In this document: one piece after another, positions 1 through 12,215 of the stretch
Layout: each line of letters starts with the position of its first letter
Position numbering within the stretch: position 1 is the first letter of the stretch
Source of the DNA: Octopus bimaculoides
Taxonomy: Eukaryota
DNA: 64,000 bases
Direction of reading: 5' to 3'
Assembly (NCBI RefSeq): GCF_001194135.2
Contig: NC_068989.1
Coordinates: 33,101,875 to 33,165,874, forward strand
Translations under genes and position numbers: made by a program
Notes under the pieces: model-generated
Seen by the model: the letters and a program-made list of their open reading frames with translations, nothing else
Database searches by the model: none
Told to the model about the DNA's origin: nothing

Positions 1-619
1 GAGGGAGAGGGAGAACCGGCAGCAGTACATCATGCTGGTCAAATTCGTTAGGTTTTTAGAAAAAAGTTGAAAGAAACACAGCAGTGTTTAAACGTGAGAT
101 TAAATGTTTAAATCTGTAACAGAAATGAGAGTTAAAAATCGTAATTTTTAAAAGGGGTTAGAGACAAATTTCAGTCAGGTTTGGGCTAAGGAGCAAAACT
201 TCAACAAGTAGAGGTGAAGACGATAGATCGCGTGAGATAGAGAAAAAAATACATCAATAATCATGAATTCAAGACATAAATGTATAGTTAGAGAAAACGA
301 AGTGGGGTGGTGGAAGGGGAGCGCAACAGAAGGGATAATATATGAAAAATAGGAATGACTTAGCTATTGTTCATGTCTTGGTGAGCTTCATCGCGGACCC
401 AGGCCTGTTCCTCATTTTCTTTTAAGAGGGGGTAGCCACAACAAAACACAAACCAGGCATTCCATTCGTTTCCCAGCTCAAAGGGGTGAGCTCCATTCTA
501 TACTTGGGTTAAGGCATAGAACACAACCTCCAATATCAGCAGTGGAGCCTGACAGCATATGCTGGTTTACCCTGCTGCATCATGCTGGTTCCATACCTCT
601 TTGAGCAACATCAAAATTC

Positions 620-840
620 ACTCAGCCATCCACAAACACTCTCCGAGCTTTCCTATCATTTATAAAATCTCTTACCTCTCTCACTCCAACACCTCTAACC
701 ACCAAAGCTTTCCTCACTACATCCATCCACACAAACCAAGGTCTGCCTCTGGTTCTGCTGCCTACCACTTCTGCCTTCATCACCCTCCTTATTATCTGCT
801 CCTCATCCATCCTTTCCATGTGGCCAAACTACCTCAACAT
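620..840 (-). mobile_element. RTE-type LINE ORF2 C-terminal fragment
   Basis: ORF 622..819 reads ERMDEEQIIRRV..GSRTRGRPWFVWMDVV..DR, the typical RTE-like post-RT tail (GxRxRGRPxxxWxDxV). Confidence 0.6.
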
Positions 841-941
841 TCATCTATCCATTTTGGTAGTTAGTTTTCCTCTCATCCCTGCTCATCTTCGTACCTCCTC
901 ATTCCTCATCCTGTCCATCCATGTCACACCAAGTATGGCCC

Positions 942-1959
942 TCAAGCCATAGTAATGATACTCTTCATATTGGGGCAACAGCTATATGATAATTTGAGAG
1001 AATACTTATTAAATATTTTCCTGTATTTGTGAGTTGCTGGAAAGTGTTTGTCTAGGAGAGACAGGAATATAAAACCTATTTTAGTTTTTATATTAAGGGA
1101 AAGGGGAGGGGCGAACCAAATAATAATAGATCTAGTAGCATCAAAGATAAAGTTAAACATAACCCCTTTATTAGTAATCAGAATAATAATAATAAGCAAC
1201 CTGAAAATAGGTCAAGGAAAATTATTTGGCTCACCCCTCCATAGGTAAAAGATTCCTGTCTCTCCAGGACAAACACTTTCCAGCAACTCACAGATACAGA
1301 AGAATATTTAATAGGCGTTCTGTGAAATTATCATATAGCTGCTGCCCAAATATAAAGAGTATCATTACACATGGTCAGTACCAAGAGCCTTAAGCCAGTT
1401 GCAACTGTCGTGATCTAGGATCCTGTCCACTTGACTAACAATGTATGATTACATATATGAGGCAGAAGTTACTGCAACCCTATATAATAATACAACTGAT
1501 AAGAAGACCTATGTAGGATTATGTGAAGGTGAGTTTAAAAATTGCTATGCCAATCACATATCCTCATTCGAACATAGGAGCAAAAGTAAAGCTACTAATA
1601 TGGCTACCTGTGTATGGCCTTTGAAAAGTAATGAAATACCACATATGATTAAATGGAAAGTAATTGAGAAATCCATACCTTATGTGAATGGATTAAATAA
1701 ATGTAGGTTTTGTTTAGCTGAAAGAGCGCAAATCTAAGATTCCTAACGCTCTATTGAACTCTAGATCATAAATTCAGTTTTCTCACAATTCTTCTATTAT
1801 TCAATTTTTTAAGTTTGTTATGTGTGGTTTGCACCTGAAGAATATGTTTGAGTATTTCTCAACATATTAAACTATTAGTAGTGCTTAAATATATGTATTG
1901 TGCCCTTTAAATAAATAAAATTATGTGTATATATATATTGTGCCCTTTAAATAAATAAA

Positions 1960-1961
<2 letters not shown>
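942..1961 (+). mobile_element. Penelope-like element remnant: inverted linker copy (942-1200, minus), linker plus GIY-YIG endonuclease (1252-1740, plus) and 3' tail
   Basis: Linker motifs WFAPPLS..KTKIG..FL.LLDKHFP..H..KIFN..VKLSYSC; ORF 1441..1737 IYEAEV..KTYVGLCEGEFK..Y.NH..SF..IKWKVI..C.FCL.E is a GIY-YIG nuclease of the PLE type; tail ends in a duplicated AATAAA-bearing 26-mer (1896-1921, 1936-1961). Confidence 0.85.
1831..1884 (+). ncRNA. Type I hammerhead ribozyme fold (degenerate, G12>T) in PLE tail
   Basis: GCAC-CTGAAGA-[ATATGTT(T)GAG tattt CTCAACATAT]-TAAA-C-TATTA-GTA-GTGC: stem I GCAC/GTGC, core CUGANGA, 10-bp stem II, short stem III, GUA cleavage triplet; GAAA is TAAA here. Confidence 0.75.
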
Positions 1962-1996
<35 letters not shown>

Positions 1997-2000
<4 letters not shown>

Positions 2001-2966
2001 GTTGGACAAAATAATGGAAACACCTTAAAATTTCAAACAAATTTATTTTAATATGGGGTAGGACCACCTTTGGCAGTAATTACAGCTTGAATTCTATGAG
2101 GTATGGACTTGTACAAAGTTTGAATTGTTTCCAAAGGAATTTTTGTCCATTCTTCAGCTAAAACAGTCTCCAGTTTTTGTAGTGATGATGGTGGAGGATA
2201 TCGACTCCTTACTTGTTTTTCTAAAATGCACCATAAATGCTCAATGATATTGAGATCTGGGGACTGTGGTGGCCAGATTAGATGTTCAACTTCACTAGAA
2301 AATTCCTCGTGCCATTCAGTAACAACTTTAGCTGTGTGAATTGGTGCATTATCATCCTGAAAGATTGTGTTTCCCTCCGGAAACAGTTCTGCAACCATAG
2401 GATGAATTTGATCAGATAAAATGCTTTTTTGAAAGTAGTGGTTTTCTGATTGCAGTCCTCCCGTGAAATCTGGCTTTATGCAGCTCCCAGCAAACAGTTT
2501 TTGTGGAAACTGGGTTCTCATGGTGGTCAGTAATTTTGGGAGCTGAACTTTTGTGATTCTTTCTAACAATTCATGTAAGAGTCTGACAGCCCCTATCTGA
2601 AAGTTTTTTTTTTTTTTCTGGAGTTTTGTTTCGACAAAGAGGTTTTTCTCTCTTTCTGTCATTACTTTCAAGACAGTACTTCCTGATAAACCAAACCTTT
2701 CAGCTGTTTTCATTATGCTAGCACCTACTATGAGCACCAACAATTTGATCTCTTTGAAAGTCTGATAGATCTATCATTTTAATGAATTTTAATTATCTTT
2801 TTCTGATGATATTTGAAAAGAAACAGCAATTTTAGCAAAACATATTAAGCAACACTAATAATAAATCAAAAAGCATAAAAATAAACATGCTTTTGACAGT
2901 TTTATAGATATTTCAAAATTATGATGCTATGATGCTAGGTGTTTCTATTATTTTGTCCAACCCCTG
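1997..2966 (-). mobile_element. Internally deleted Tc1-like DNA transposon (DD36E spacing)
   Basis: About 28-bp TIRs (GGGTTGGACAAAATAATGGAAACACC at ~1999 and its inverse ending 2966) flanked by TA; ORF 2048..2743 has FQDDNAPIHT...WPPQSPDLNIIEHLW with 36 residues between D and E; the first catalytic D region is deleted. Confidence 0.9.
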
Positions 2967-3410
2967 TATATATACAACCTGAAACATTGGTGTAACCATG
3001 ATGGTTTGGTGATTTGATGAGCTAGCTTGCTTTATATGCATTGATTTGTGAATATATGACTCTATTGTATAATGTATAGCATGCATATCTATGCAAACAC
3101 ATGAACACAATTTATTCCACACTTAAATTATTACAGAATGAAGGAGGTTGTGAAATGGTCGTAATCCTATGGAAGTTGAGTGGTTAAATAAATATAATCA
3201 CCTTTCATACCTCCTGAGTTTTAATGAGCCTCATGAAATAACTAATATGAGCCTCATGAAATAACTTCATTATTTGGATCATCTGGATTTCAGCTGTATG
3301 GACACTCTGCATTATACTTCTCTGTAGTGAATTACTATATGGTCTGTTAGAGGAGCTTAGTGTGATAGCCATATGATTTCTCTGAACCTATATCTTATAC
3401 TAATGTTTAT

Positions 3411-3476
3411 GTGTGTGTGTGTGTGGACAAAGGAAGACTTGTACCACAGAATTTGAATCAAAACTGTTCTGATTCA

Positions 3477-3521
<45 letters not shown>

Positions 3522-4080
3522 ATAGATAGATACACACACACACATATTGTGTCTGGGAAGAGTCGTATTGTCTTAATGCCTTATAATCTGACACACTCAC
3601 CAGTTTGATTTCCACTCATTTACTATTTATATTTTCCTTCCAAAATTTTCGTTGCCTTTTGCAACCTTATCAATGGATGTTGACTCTGTCCGTTATTGGA
3701 GCTGCGTTCTTTTTTATCTGTTTGTGTGCGTGTATGCACATAATGTATGTATGCATGCATGCATGTATGTATGTGTGTGTATGCATATATTCATGTATGT
3801 GTGTATATTTGTATGTATTCTGCATATTCATGTGTGCATTTTGTGTGTTTGTATGTATGTGCATGTGTGTACCTCTGTCTCGCATTTGAGTGTGTCTGTG
3901 TGTATGGGTTTGTGTGAATGTATGTGTGTCTGTTATATATGGATGTGTGTTTCCATGCCTTTATGTGCATGCATGTGTAGAGTGTATGTATATGGGTCTG
4001 TCTTTTGTGTGTTTGTGTGTGTGTGTATGCTTGTCTGTCTGTATTACTTATGTACCTGTAGCGGAAGCTTCTCTCTCGGT
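3411..4080. repeat. Compound (TA)n/(TG)n microsatellite and degenerate TGTA-rich tract
   Basis: Direct reading; the Cys/Val/Met-rich ORFs here are low-complexity artefacts. Confidence 0.9.
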
Positions 4081-4088
4081 TGTATATT

Positions 4089-4620
4089 TGTAAATGCGGA
4101 CGTAGTGGGTAACATCTAGCCTTTGGTCAGCCTTGGACCCTGCTGTGTCCGTCACCCTGATTGGCTGTTATTTGCGTGGCATTTATTTTGTGCCAGGGTG
4201 CATACCAACCAATCGTGGCCTTCTAATAAGGTCACGTGAGAGAGTGTTTTCTGATGCTTCTGGAGCCCATTTTTTCCTATAAATAGCCTGCTTCATCCAT
4301 GCCAGTTTGTCGCGGTTTCAGATCATCTAAGGTCTGGTCGTTTGACTACAGAGCTCCAGCCAGACAGTTTCCAACGATAACATCAACACCACTGTTCAAC
4401 TGTTTACTACAAGCTTCATCGCCAATGTCAACTTGACTACTCAACATATACACCGCCAACAGCGCCCACACAGGTTCACTCATACTGTTGTGAAATATCT
4501 TCACCAAGGTTAACAGAACTCAACCTGTGAAGCCCCTGTATCATGTAACTAGCTCGGCATAGAAGCCTCAACTTCATGACATGTGACTTAGCTCAATTAT
4601 ATCTGAACTAGTAACCAGCA
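4089..4620 (+). mobile_element. LTR-derived segment related to the solo LTR at 15526-16589
   Basis: Collinear shared blocks: TAACATCTAGCC..CCTTGGACCC..CACCCTGATTGG..GCCAGGGTGCAT..TAATAAGGTCA.GTGAGAGAG..CTATAAATA.GCCTG..GGTCTGGTCG; boundaries approximate. Confidence 0.65.
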
Positions 4621-5021
4621 ATCGTAAGCAATATTTGAAGCTCACTAATTCATAATCCACCTAAGGCTAGGGTTTAAAAAATATATACTTAGACCAAATT
4701 AAAGGACTAGTATTCTCAATTCAAACTTCAAACCTAAGGTTTGGATAAGATCAACCTTATAGCAGTTTTTATAGCCATATAAGGTTTCCAAATCTTCCTT
4801 TCACATTCTTTGCACTCAAAATCTATAGTAATTTAACAAAATGATGCTAGCTAAATCTACATACACTCAGTTCACTTCAGACCACATCAGTGTTGGGACT
4901 TCGAATAAAGTTGCATAGACTAATAAACCAGTTGAAAGTAACTGGATGCAAATACAATTGCTAGATGTCTATGCAGAAGAAACACGCGTTAAACACATTT
5001 AAATCAAATACGTTGTATAAT

Positions 5022-8000
5022 TCATCATCACCATCATCGTTTAACGTCCGCTTTCCATGCTGGCATGGGTTGGACGATTTGACTGAGAACTGGCGAACCA
5101 GATGGCTGCACCAGGCTCCAATCTGATCTGGCAGAGTTTCTACAGCTGGATGCCCTTCCTAAGCCAGCCACTCCGAGAGTGTAGTGGGTGCTTTTATGTG
5201 CCACCAACACAAGGGCCAGTCAGGTGGTACTGGCAACAGCCACGCTCAAAATGATGTTTTTTATATGCCACCAGCACAGGAGTCAGTCCAGCGGCACTGG
5301 CAACGATCTCACTGGTAATGATCACGCTCAAATGGTGCTATTTATGTGCCACCAGCACTGAAGCTACACAGCTGCTCTGGCAATGATCACGGTCAGACAG
5401 TGCTGTTAGTGCTCCACTAGCACAGGTGCCAGTCATCAAATTTGGTTCAATTACAATTTCGATTTCACTTGCCCCAACAGGTCTTCGCAAGCAGAGTTTA
5501 GTGTCCAATGAAGGAAAAGTACGCATAAGTGGGCTGGCTATACCCCTGGCAAAGCCATGGATTATGGTCTCACTTGGCTTGCTGGGTCTTCTCACGCACA
5601 GCATATTTCCAAAGGTCTTGGTCACAAGTCATTGCCTCAATGAGGCCTAATGTTCAAAGGTCATGCTGGGTCTACCTCTTCCACAGGTTCCCTCAACGGC
5701 CAGGGTGTGGCACTTTTTCACACAGCTATCCTCATCCATTCTCACCACATGACCATACCAGCACAATTGTCTCTCTTGCACACCACAACTGATGCTTCTT
5801 AGGTCCAACCTTTCTCTCAAGGTACTTACATTCTGTCTAGTATGCACGCTGACATTACACATCCATCAGAGCATACTGACTTCATTCCTTGCAAGCTTAC
5901 ACATGTCCTCAGCAGTCACGGCCCATGTTTCACTGCCATGTAGCATGGCTGTTCATACACATTTGTCATACAGTCTGCCTTTTACACTGAGCGAGAGGCC
6001 CTTTGTCACCAGCAGTGGTAAGAGCTCTCTGAACTTTGCTCAGGCTATTCTTATTCTAGCAGCTATACTTTCAGAGCACCCTCCCCCGCTACTGACTTGG
6101 TCACCTAGGTAACGGAAGCTATTTACTACTTCTAGTTTTTCTCCCTGGAATGTGGCAGAAGTTGTTCTCTGCACATTTTCAGTGTTTATTGCTCCTGAGC
6201 ATCTACCACATACAAAAACTATCTTCCTAGTTAGCCTTCCTTTGATATTGCTGCACCTCTCATGTATCCATAGCTTACATCTTATAGAGTTTCTACCTAT
6301 GCCTTTTCTACAAATCAAGCAGGGCCATCTGCCTGAAGGGGTTTGTGGTTTGTCTACCTTCCTACTTATTAGGACTTTGGTTTTAGCTAGGTTGACTCTA
6401 AGGCCCTTCGATTCTAATCCTTGCTTCCACACCTGAAACTTCTCTAGTTCTGATAGTGACTCAGCAATTAGAGCAAGGTCATCCCGTCTTGAATTCCTCT
6501 GTTATTGCCTGGAGGACTATGATAAATAGGAGGGGGCTGAGGACTGAACTTTGGTGAACCCCTACCTCTACTCGGAATTCTTCACTGTACTTGTTGCCAA
6601 CCCTCACCTTACTGACAGCATCTCTGTACATGGCTCGCACAGCTCTCACTAACCATTCTTCTATCCCAAGTTTCCTCATTGACCACCAGATGAGAGATCG
6701 GGGGGACCCTGTCAAAGGCTTTCTCCATATCAACGAAAGCCAGATATAGAGGTTTATCCTTGGCTAGATATTTCTGCAACTGTCTTACCAGAAATATAGC
6801 ATCAGTGGTGCTTTTCCCTGGCACAAATCCAAACTGCATCTCATCGAGACTGACTCTCTCCCTAATTAGTTGGGCTATGACCCTCCAGGTGACCTTCATT
6901 ACCTGATCCAACAACTTGATACCTCTAATTATTTGTATCTAAAACGTCACCTTTACCTTTGTAGCAGTTGACTATGGTGTTGCTACACCAGTCATTGGGT
7001 ATGACTCCTTCCTGTATCATCTGGTTAACTATACAGGTGACTAGGCTATAGCCGACACCGCCAGATATTTTGAGCATCTCTGCAGTGATTCCTCTTGGGC
7101 TGAGGGCTTTCCCTGTCTTCATATCCTTAATTGCTTTATCTACCAAGGTACTGTCAATTCAGGTAGCTGGTCCTTCTGTTGGGTTGACATTCGGCAGACT
7201 CTCTTTCTCCCATTCATTCTCTTTATTGAGCAATCTTTCATAATGGCATCTCCAAACCTCTCTTTTTGCAGCCACGTTTAGTGCAAGTGAACCATCATCC
7301 ATGAGAACACATTTCTCTCCCACGACAACACGATTCTCTCTCACACACTGTCTTGCAACACGAAACACCTCAAGACTTTGATCCTCACGCCACAGAACAT
7401 TGGCAAATTTTTTCTTGCTTTCCCTTTGGCTAAATAAACCTGTCTCCTAGCTTCCCTTCTGGCAGTCTGATACAATTCCTTGCTACCACCGTTCTTCCAA
7501 GCCTGTTTCTTTTCTCTAGTAGCCCTGTCCACCACATTGTTACACCACCATGTTATTTTGGGTCGAAAGGGGACTTTGCACCATCCACAGATCTGGTTCA
7601 TGGCCCTCAGCAGGTTGTCCTGTAGAAACGTCCAGTTGTCTTCTACATCGTGTGAAGCTAAATCCCCTTCTATTTCGTCAAAGGCGTTGAATAATATGTC
7701 TCTAAATCTCTGTCCATTTGCAGGATCTTTAAGCTGCCAGACCCTTCTCTTTAATGCTGGTCGTCTTCTAGGCAACCACTTAGCCCTGATCCTGAAGTCC
7801 CTAACTACTAGTCTATGTTGTGGGGTACATTCTTTGCCTGGGATGGTTTGGCATTTATAAGCAGCCATCTTTCCCTTTTCCTGGTGAGGATGTAGTCAAT
7901 TTGGCTAGTGTGTCCGCCAGAACAGTAGGTGACTGGCAGGTTTCCTGAAGTTCGTATTGCAAACCATAAGGTCATTTGCATCACAGAACTCCAGCAGCCT

Positions 8001-8140
8001 GGTTCCTTCCTCATTGCGGGAACCAAAACCATAGCCTCCATGTACACCATGGAAGCCCCCTGTATGTTGTCCAACATGTCCATTGAAGTCATCAGCCACA
8101 AAGAGAAGGTCCCTGTCATTCGTCAACGAGGTAGAAATTT
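5022..8140 (-). mobile_element. RTE-clade LINE, 5'-truncated and degraded (APE C-term, RT, 3' UTR, (GAT)n tail)
   Basis: ORF fragments: ADDFNGHVG/GGYGFGSRNEEG (APE), QFGFVPGKSTTDAIF, AFVDMEKAFDRVP, GVHQ.SVLSPLLF (RT); (CAT)n tail on plus strand at 5022-5040; many frameshifts. Confidence 0.93.
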
Positions 8141-8163
8141 TTAAAATACACAGATTCATTGTA

Positions 8164-9327
8164 TCAGGTCATTAAGAATGAAATGTCCGATTCTTTTATG
8201 CACCAAGTTTGACAGTCATTAACTCTAACATTTTATCCTGACAATTCTTTGTTTTACAACATTGAAGAGTTACATCATCACTTTTCAGAATGCAATTCAT
8301 GGTGTCTGATTATATTGTGAATTTTCTCTTGTAAATCAATTTTTGTGAACTCATGGACTGATAAAAAAATTTGTACTGTTTGTGAATAGGAGTTCCATCA
8401 TAGAACCAATACATCCCAGACAGCTCAAAACATTAATGGGGTGTTTGGTGAAGATGTGGCAAACGAGTGCGGATGAGCTGGAATTAGTGGAAGCGGATAT
8501 TTCTCAAACTATGCAGGAGTTAGCAGCAAGGTTTGGTGTTTCGATTCTAACTGTATTGGACCATCTGAAACAAATTGGCATGGTAAAGAAGCTGGAAAAG
8601 TGGGTACCACACAAACTGAATGAGCATCAAATGACACGTCATCTTGAAACTTGCTGTTCTTTGCTGTCATGGCACAAAAGTGAACCAGTTTTGCATCATA
8701 TTGTTACGTGATGAGAAATGGATTATTTTCAACAACACAGTGGCTGGATAGAGACGAAGTGCCAAAACAAAATCCAAAAAAGAATATTCACCAAAAAAGG
8801 CTAATGGTGTCTGTTTGGTGGACCAGCGCTAGTGTCATCTACTACAGCTTCATGAGACCTGGTAAGTCAATTACAATGGATGGATACATCGACCAACTGG
8901 ATGAAATGATGAGTGAACTTAGAATTAAACAACTGAGATTGGTCAATAGAGACAGGACAATTATCTTTAAAGACAATGCTCGACCACATGTTGCAGAAAG
9001 AACACTACTCAAGTTACAGAAACTAAACTTGGAAGTATTCTGTCCACTATATTCACCGGACTTTGCATCAACTATCACGTTTTCCAGGCATTAGACAACT
9101 TTTTGCAAGGAAAAAAATTCAAATCTGAAGATGCAAAAACAGCCTTTCGTGATTTCTTCACCTCTTGCTCTCCAGAATTCTTCACTGCCGGCATAAATAA
9201 GCTACCAATAAAATGGCAAAATTCTATTGATAATTTAGGTGCATACTTTGATTAACTGCATTGCTTTTTGCTGAGATAAAGTAAAATAAACTTTCAGTTC
9301 AAAATTGGACACTTCATCGTTATCTGA
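8164..9327 (+). mobile_element. Mariner transposon relic
   Basis: WVPHKL, HIVTxDEKW-like, FKDNARPHV and YSPDFA motifs in broken ORFs 8382..9094; imperfect TIRs (TCAGGTCAT..GAAATGTCC / GGACACTTC..ATCTGA) with TA flanks. Confidence 0.88.
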
Positions 9328-10459
9328 TAATTGTTTTGGATATACACCTGGTAAAATATTTATAATCTAGTGAAGCAAATCCAAGATTTACCCATTGGAT
9401 GAAATATATTGGGATTGCTTGACTTAAGCAATTCTAGGTGCTCCTTATAGTTCAATGTGGTTAGCCATAACCTGGATTATAACTGAGTGCTCATACAGTA
9501 CCCACCTGAATATTTTATCCCTTTCAATTCATTTTATGTGTGAGTGTGTATATATATATGTATATTGGTTTGCTGTGCTCAAGAGACCTGTCCATCACAG
9601 CAAAAATGATGTCTTATAACCACTAATATGCTTGTATATCCAGGGCTATGACCCTCTTCTCTCTCTAACATATCAAGCATTTCCCCCAATTCTCATTCCC
9701 TAATAATTATCACTCCCCCATCTATGGTACTCCTAGCTGCAGTAACCACCTAAGAGTAGAATTGGCACATGCTACATTCTCTCACTTCCATCCACCTCCC
9801 TCTCTCCATGGAACCACTTCCATTCCTCATTATCATTCCTGCCTACATTATATCTACCAATATTCTCCTTTCAACCAATGCTTTCTTCCCTCTTCTATAC
9901 TCCATTCTGAATTCTTCTTTCTTATCTGCTACTATTCTCAATGTCCTCTCATATCTGTCATCATGTCTCGCTTACTATAGCTCCTTGTTCACCACTCCTA
10001 CACCTTGCACATCATTTCTGATCTATTCTCCTTCCTGAACCATTCCTATCTTTATTTCTCCCTACCCCCTCTCTATGCTGGTATTTCCCTTCAACATAGT
10101 TCATCACTCATTACATTCACCCCTTCTTAAACAATTTGTTTCTCCCCTCACACACTCTTATGAAAGCATCTGCTCTATCATTTCCTCTCATGACCCACTG
10201 TCCATATCCTCTCTCATGTTTCCTTTTTGTACTTTGAGAGTTTGCTCTAGCACCCCATCACCACCTTACTTTTATCTCCTTCAGCTATGCATCTCCTCTA
10301 TAACAAGACACCTGTGCTTGTCTCTGTCAATCAACATCTGACATAAAGCCATCCACCTACCCTTTTCAAAAACTCCCCTCTTAGAAGTGGGAGCATTTTC
10401 CATTACATTTTTCTCTTTTAAGTTACACAGCAACATCACAAGTGCCAATAGACTTTGTA

Positions 10460-10600
10460 ACACCCAGTACACTTTAAGTGGTTGGTGTTAGAAAATGCAT
10501 CCTGTAGAAACCAAGTAAAAGATGACATTGGAACTCAGTCAGATCCCATCAAACCATCCAATCCATGCTAGCTGGGAAAGCAAACATTAAATGATGATAA
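10460..10600 (+). mobile_element. Short 3' fragment of RTE LINE
   Basis: ..CCAATCCATGCTAGC..AAACATTAAATGATGAT matches the 3' end of the longer RTE copies in this window. Confidence 0.55.
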
Positions 10601-12099
10601 TATATACTAAGTGAAGTAATGTTCATTCAGGATGTCACTAATTTTATGGAACTCAGTAATGATTGAGCCGTTTCTTTAAAATGGAGATAAGATGACTAGC
10701 TTTTCACCATTGCTTTCAATTGAATAAGAAAATAAAAAGGTGTGGAAGGGGCATATTGCTAACAAAGACAGAAATTGAAGCTATTCTTGAAAGAGAGGGA
10801 GAAGAGGGAGCAAGCAGTGGTTATTCTGACTTTTCTTTGCAATTATAAAAAAAGTATTTGAGCACTCAGAGATACGAAATTAAAATACAGTTAAAAAAAA
10901 CCATTAAAATAATTGTCAGAAATCAAAAACCTTAAACTTAAAGTTTCAATCATTCCCTCAAATAAACTAATAAATGAAATTAGTATTTTGGAAAAAGATT
11001 TTAGTACTGTAAAAATCAAATACTATGTAGAGAGCTGCTATTGGATGGTGAATGTGAACAGAAAGAAAATGTTGAGTCACAGCCGGGTAGATTGATGGAG
11101 TATCAAACAACTGAAGGCTTGATTCTTATTTCATCTTTGGCACCGTATAAAATCCATTACCTAATTAACTCTCATTGACATAGTTAGTCTATTTAGCTTT
11201 AAGTACATTGATTAAAAGGTTCATTTCTGTAAGGAGCAGCAGTTATGCCTCTGCTGGGGTTTCCAGACAGTTAACTTTATATTCTGTTTAATTTTATTGA
11301 TCCATTCTTTGATCATTTTTAGTTGCTCTATGCCTAAAAATATGCATATTGTTTCAATGGGGTTAAAACTAAGAGCTTTTATATCTACTGCTGATTTTAA
11401 AGTTCTTGACCGCTAAGTAACAAACCATAAAACTAATTTCAAAATACTTAAACTCATTCTTAATAATGGTAGCTTTTTGTGCTAAACTAGTCATAATTCA
11501 TTTCAAGAATTTAAACAAGTAATAATTAATGTTTCATAAGTCTCTTGAACTCAGTAATTCAAGTTTGCTAAGAAGCCACTCCAGTTGTTAATCCTTAATC
11601 TCCATCTAAGCCAATTTTATCATTAGGTATATTTCTGATTAGGAGGTGTATCAAAAAGCTGTTATGCAAGTCTGTTCCATGGTAAACTCATCTCCCAACA
11701 CATTCCCCACAGGTTTCACTTGACCACAAGGTATTTCATGACACAAGAGATCACAATTATTTAAGTAATAAGAAAATTTAAGAAATTGTTGAAAAATGTT
11801 CCTTGTTTTGTTTATTTTCATGACAATGTTTCAGTACACACATTTAATCTTCATTGAAAATTGAATAAATGATTATCTTCTTAATAGCCCAGATCTAACT
11901 CCAAGTCAAACATTAACATTGAGAGACCGAGAGCTTTTCCAATTTTTATAAGGAAGGGAAGTAACAGTAGTGATTTAACATTTTACATATTAATTTTTTT
12001 TGATCAGACAGAAGACCAAAAATTTCATTTAATCATCTCCAGTATATCACTGTTACTTTTGTTCAGAGATTAAGTAAATGCAAGGCATTTAGTCTGATA

Positions 12100-12215
12100 N
12101 NNNNNNNNNNNNNNNNNNNNNNNNNNNNNNNNNNNNNNNNNNNNNNNNNNNNNNNNNNNNNNNNNNNNNNNNNNNNNNNNNNNNNNNNNNNNNNNNNNNN
12201 NNNNNNNNNNNNNNN
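12100..12215. other. Assembly gap (other N runs: 14238-14247, 21344-21655, 25775-25836, 46551-46591)
   Basis: Runs of n, mostly adjacent to microsatellites or tandem repeats. Confidence 0.99.

Noticed and set aside
1-560. Promoter or first exon (a few CGCG motifs, purine-rich)
   Set aside because: No recognisable TSS, splice or coding evidence.
3400-4119. Cys/Val/Met-rich and His/Thr-rich ORFs
   Set aside because: Translations of TG/TA microsatellite; the same applies to ORFs at 22577, 23378-23975, 45272-45545 and 58296.
8382-9094. Domesticated mariner or SETMAR-like gene
   Set aside because: Frameshifted, no SET domain or splice link to a host gene; the same holds for the other mariner relics.
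9560-10440. Hydrophobic ORFs in pyrimidine-rich DNA (also 62690-63400)
   Set aside because: Low-complexity CT-rich tracts, possibly very old LINE debris; no motif recovered.
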